DNA from: Azolla caroliniana
Lineage: Eukaryota > Plantae > Polypodiophyta
Reading direction: 5' to 3'
Assembly: GCA_043228905.1 (NCBI GenBank)
Contig: JBHGNT010000001.1
Location: forward strand, 26,164,001-26,228,000
DNA: 64,000 bases
The first letter of the stretch is position 1. Every line of letters begins with the position of its first letter. The notes under the pieces are model-generated. The model searched no databases and was not told the DNA's origin. It worked only from the letters and a program-made list of their open reading frames with translations. The translations under genes were made by a program, and so were the position numbers. Positions 61,896 to 64,000 of the stretch are shown piece by piece.

Positions 61896-63264
61896 TGTCA
61901 TGAACACATGACCATTATGGCGTCACCCGGACTTGAACCTAAGACCTTGCAATCCATAATTGAAAAACCCAACCATTAAGATAGCTTATTGTCATTTAAG
62001 CTACTAAGTTTTGTAATATATATTGATTATTATAAAAACTCTGGAACTAGCTCTAAAATGTCCTAAAACATCTTAGAATATTCTAGGTCTAGAACATTCT
62101 TGAACATAATAGAAATCTCTAAGGTATTCTATAGGAACCTATAAATAGAGACATACATGTCTTCTCAAATCAATTCTAATCAAACTGTCAGAACCTAGAA
62201 TAAAAGATAGCGTGATGGAAGAACGATATAAGAGAACACAAGAAGAAAGGAATGAAATGATAAGAGAAGAATGAGTGTATTAAGATAGAAAGAGAAAGAT
62301 AATGGATACAAGAAAGGTAAACATATAGCCCTACTCGAACTCCACGGCAAACACGTAGTCCAGTTCCAATGGATAGTCCTACACCCATGGCAATCGATAT
62401 GACCCAACAACGAGGACCATTGTCGGACGAAGAGATGCAACACCGCCGAGCAAACCATCTATGCTTATATTGCGGAGGTCCAAGACATATAGCCATTCAT
62501 TGCCCCCGTAGGCCGAGACATTTGGTAAATCAAATTCATTATGACAATAAAAATGAGTCCAACATTTTGGTGTTCCACTTCCCGGTGAGGACCATACACA
62601 ATCGCTCATGTTCGTTGGTGTTCGTGTCTCCAGTGAGGACCTCACATGGTCACTCACGTCCGTTGGTGCTCTGTTTCCCGCTCACCCCTACACCACGCTT
62701 TCGAAAAGACGGTCGTACAGGGGAGGATAATGTCACGATTGTGTCATGACATAAAATATATAGTTGTTGAGGATTGAACCTACAACCTCATGTTAACAAG
62801 ACATCATGCTCAACCATTTAAATATCAGCATGTATTTGTATATAATAATTTAGTATTATATATTCTAGCATATAATACATTCCATAATATTCTAGTCTTT
62901 AGTATATTCTAGAAATATTCTATGGTGTATTCTAGACGGGTATATTCTAGAGATATTTGTCGGGTATGTTCTAGAGATATTTCTCGAGGATATTCTAGAC
63001 ATAATCAATCTCAGAACTTGTATAAATACTTGTAACCCCCTTGGTTCCTTTCAAGGGATTCAACACTAGTCATTGACACATCAATCTAGTATTCTTGTTC
63101 CATTCCATCTTGTCTCGTTCGTCATCTCTATCTCCATGCTCTCCATAACTTCTAAGTTCATAGTCTCATCACTCACAACTTCTAGAGTTCCTAGCCTCGT
63201 CACTTCTAGTTCCACATTCGTCATCCATGCTCTGTCGTAGTCTGCGGTTGGTGTGTCCGTGATA
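61896..63264 (+). mobile_element. Ty3/gypsy remnant: LTR-like segment, gag zinc-knuckle fragment, PPT and LTR (62731-63264)
   Basis: TPMAID...GPLSDEEMQHRRANHLCLYCGGPRHIAIHCP is a typical gypsy Gag end. PPT GGGGAGGATAA precedes LTR TGTCACG...CGTGATA. The element D pol tail resumes at 63265. Confidence 0.72.
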
Positions 63265-63495
63265 GTCAACTTGGTAAATTTTCCTATATAGGAGTGAAGG
63301 GGGAGTTTTGTTGTGGAGAAGAGGTCCCTCCTAATGGGAGGAGAGTCTATCCAACCAAGAGCCGGTTCTATGCCGACTAATCTGGCTGTGAGTCAGACCA
63401 ATATGAGAGTTGGCTAATTTAGGAGCTAATTCGGCCAACCCAACCAGAGGCAAGACGGCCTAAAGCCGATGCAAGGCTATATTTGTAAATACCTA

Positions 63496-63538
<43 letters not shown>

Positions 63539-63779
63539 CTAGGGCAAAGAAAAAGAATCCTTGGAACAAGCCTGACACCAATTGATCTTATTTGTATAAG
63601 GTGATAGAGAAGGACTCTAAATCAATGAATATTAATGAACTATCATTGATGGACGTTGTAGACTTCAATGATACAAGAAAATTGATTCCAGGTTCAAATG
63701 GTTTAATGCTCGAGACTTTGACGATAATGGAACAACAAGTACATGTCTTATGGGATCTAAGTTGTCGAGATCGAACGAA

Positions 63780-64000
63780 GAGCGAAGTGATACACAAGGA
63801 TGGGAAGTGAGATTAATTACCATCTATCTCACTTCCCATCCTCGTGTATTGTTTTGGTTGCATATAGTGGCTATTCAACAAAAGTTAGTTAGGAATGTTC
63901 CACTGAGACTTGAGCTCAAGTTATTGGATTTAAAGTCCAATGTCTTAACCACTAGATTATGAAACAATTGAATAGTTATGAATGATATTCAAGAAAATAT
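63780..64000 (-). repeat. Resumption of the tRNA-Gln array (runs off the window end)
   Basis: Spacer hairpin near 63789-63850, a tRNA-like copy at 63895-63965 and the ATTCAAGAAAA spacer motif. Confidence 0.88.
63895..63965 (-). pseudogene. tRNA-Gln-derived pseudogene with UUA anticodon
   Basis: Perfect arm TTGGA CT TTA AA TCCAA (TAA on + at 63931-63933). B box is mutated (GAGCTCAAG) and the acceptor stem is damaged. Confidence 0.8.

Larger units (their letters stand above)
57319..63545 (+). mobile_element. Degenerate copia element D (element A lineage) interrupting the tRNA array
   Basis: Diverged LTR starts TGTTGTGGAGAAGAGGTCCCTC at 57319 and 63309, the latter after PPT GAAGGGGGAG. Broken gag-pol at ~57680-60985 is homologous to element A (VNVAADTSGELWHKRL, APVVKMTSI). 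Most of RT/RNase H is missing; no PBS or TSD found; right end approximate. Confidence 0.85.

Overview
Land-plant nuclear DNA, probably a fern (inferred from the very long PLS-class PPR gene and the repeat landscape). 1-15.1 kb is a nest of Ty1/copia LTR retrotransposons: an intact element A sits inside element B, which sits inside element C, whose LTR carries a hAT-type MITE; a truncated fourth copia follows. 16-47 kb holds five genes rebuilt by hand from splice sites or ORFs: a membrane-anchored cyclophilin (CYP21-4-like), an 11-exon ARM-repeat protein, mitochondrial-type lipoyl synthase, a ~1245-aa PLS-E PPR protein and a P-class PPR protein. LINE, Harbinger and MITE remnants lie between them. 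The most unusual region is 49.5-57.3 kb, resuming at 63.8 kb. It is a higher-order tandem array (unit about 0.8-1.0 kb) built from more than 20 minus-strand tRNA-Gln copies. Three fold into intact or near-intact cloverleaves and the rest are decayed. Most units carry a long hairpin, and anticodons vary between copies (CUG, UUG and the stop-reading CUA and UUA). A solo LTR and a decayed copia interrupt the array. The copia contains gypsy-type LTRs that carry tRNA-like segments. All counts and alignments were made by eye.
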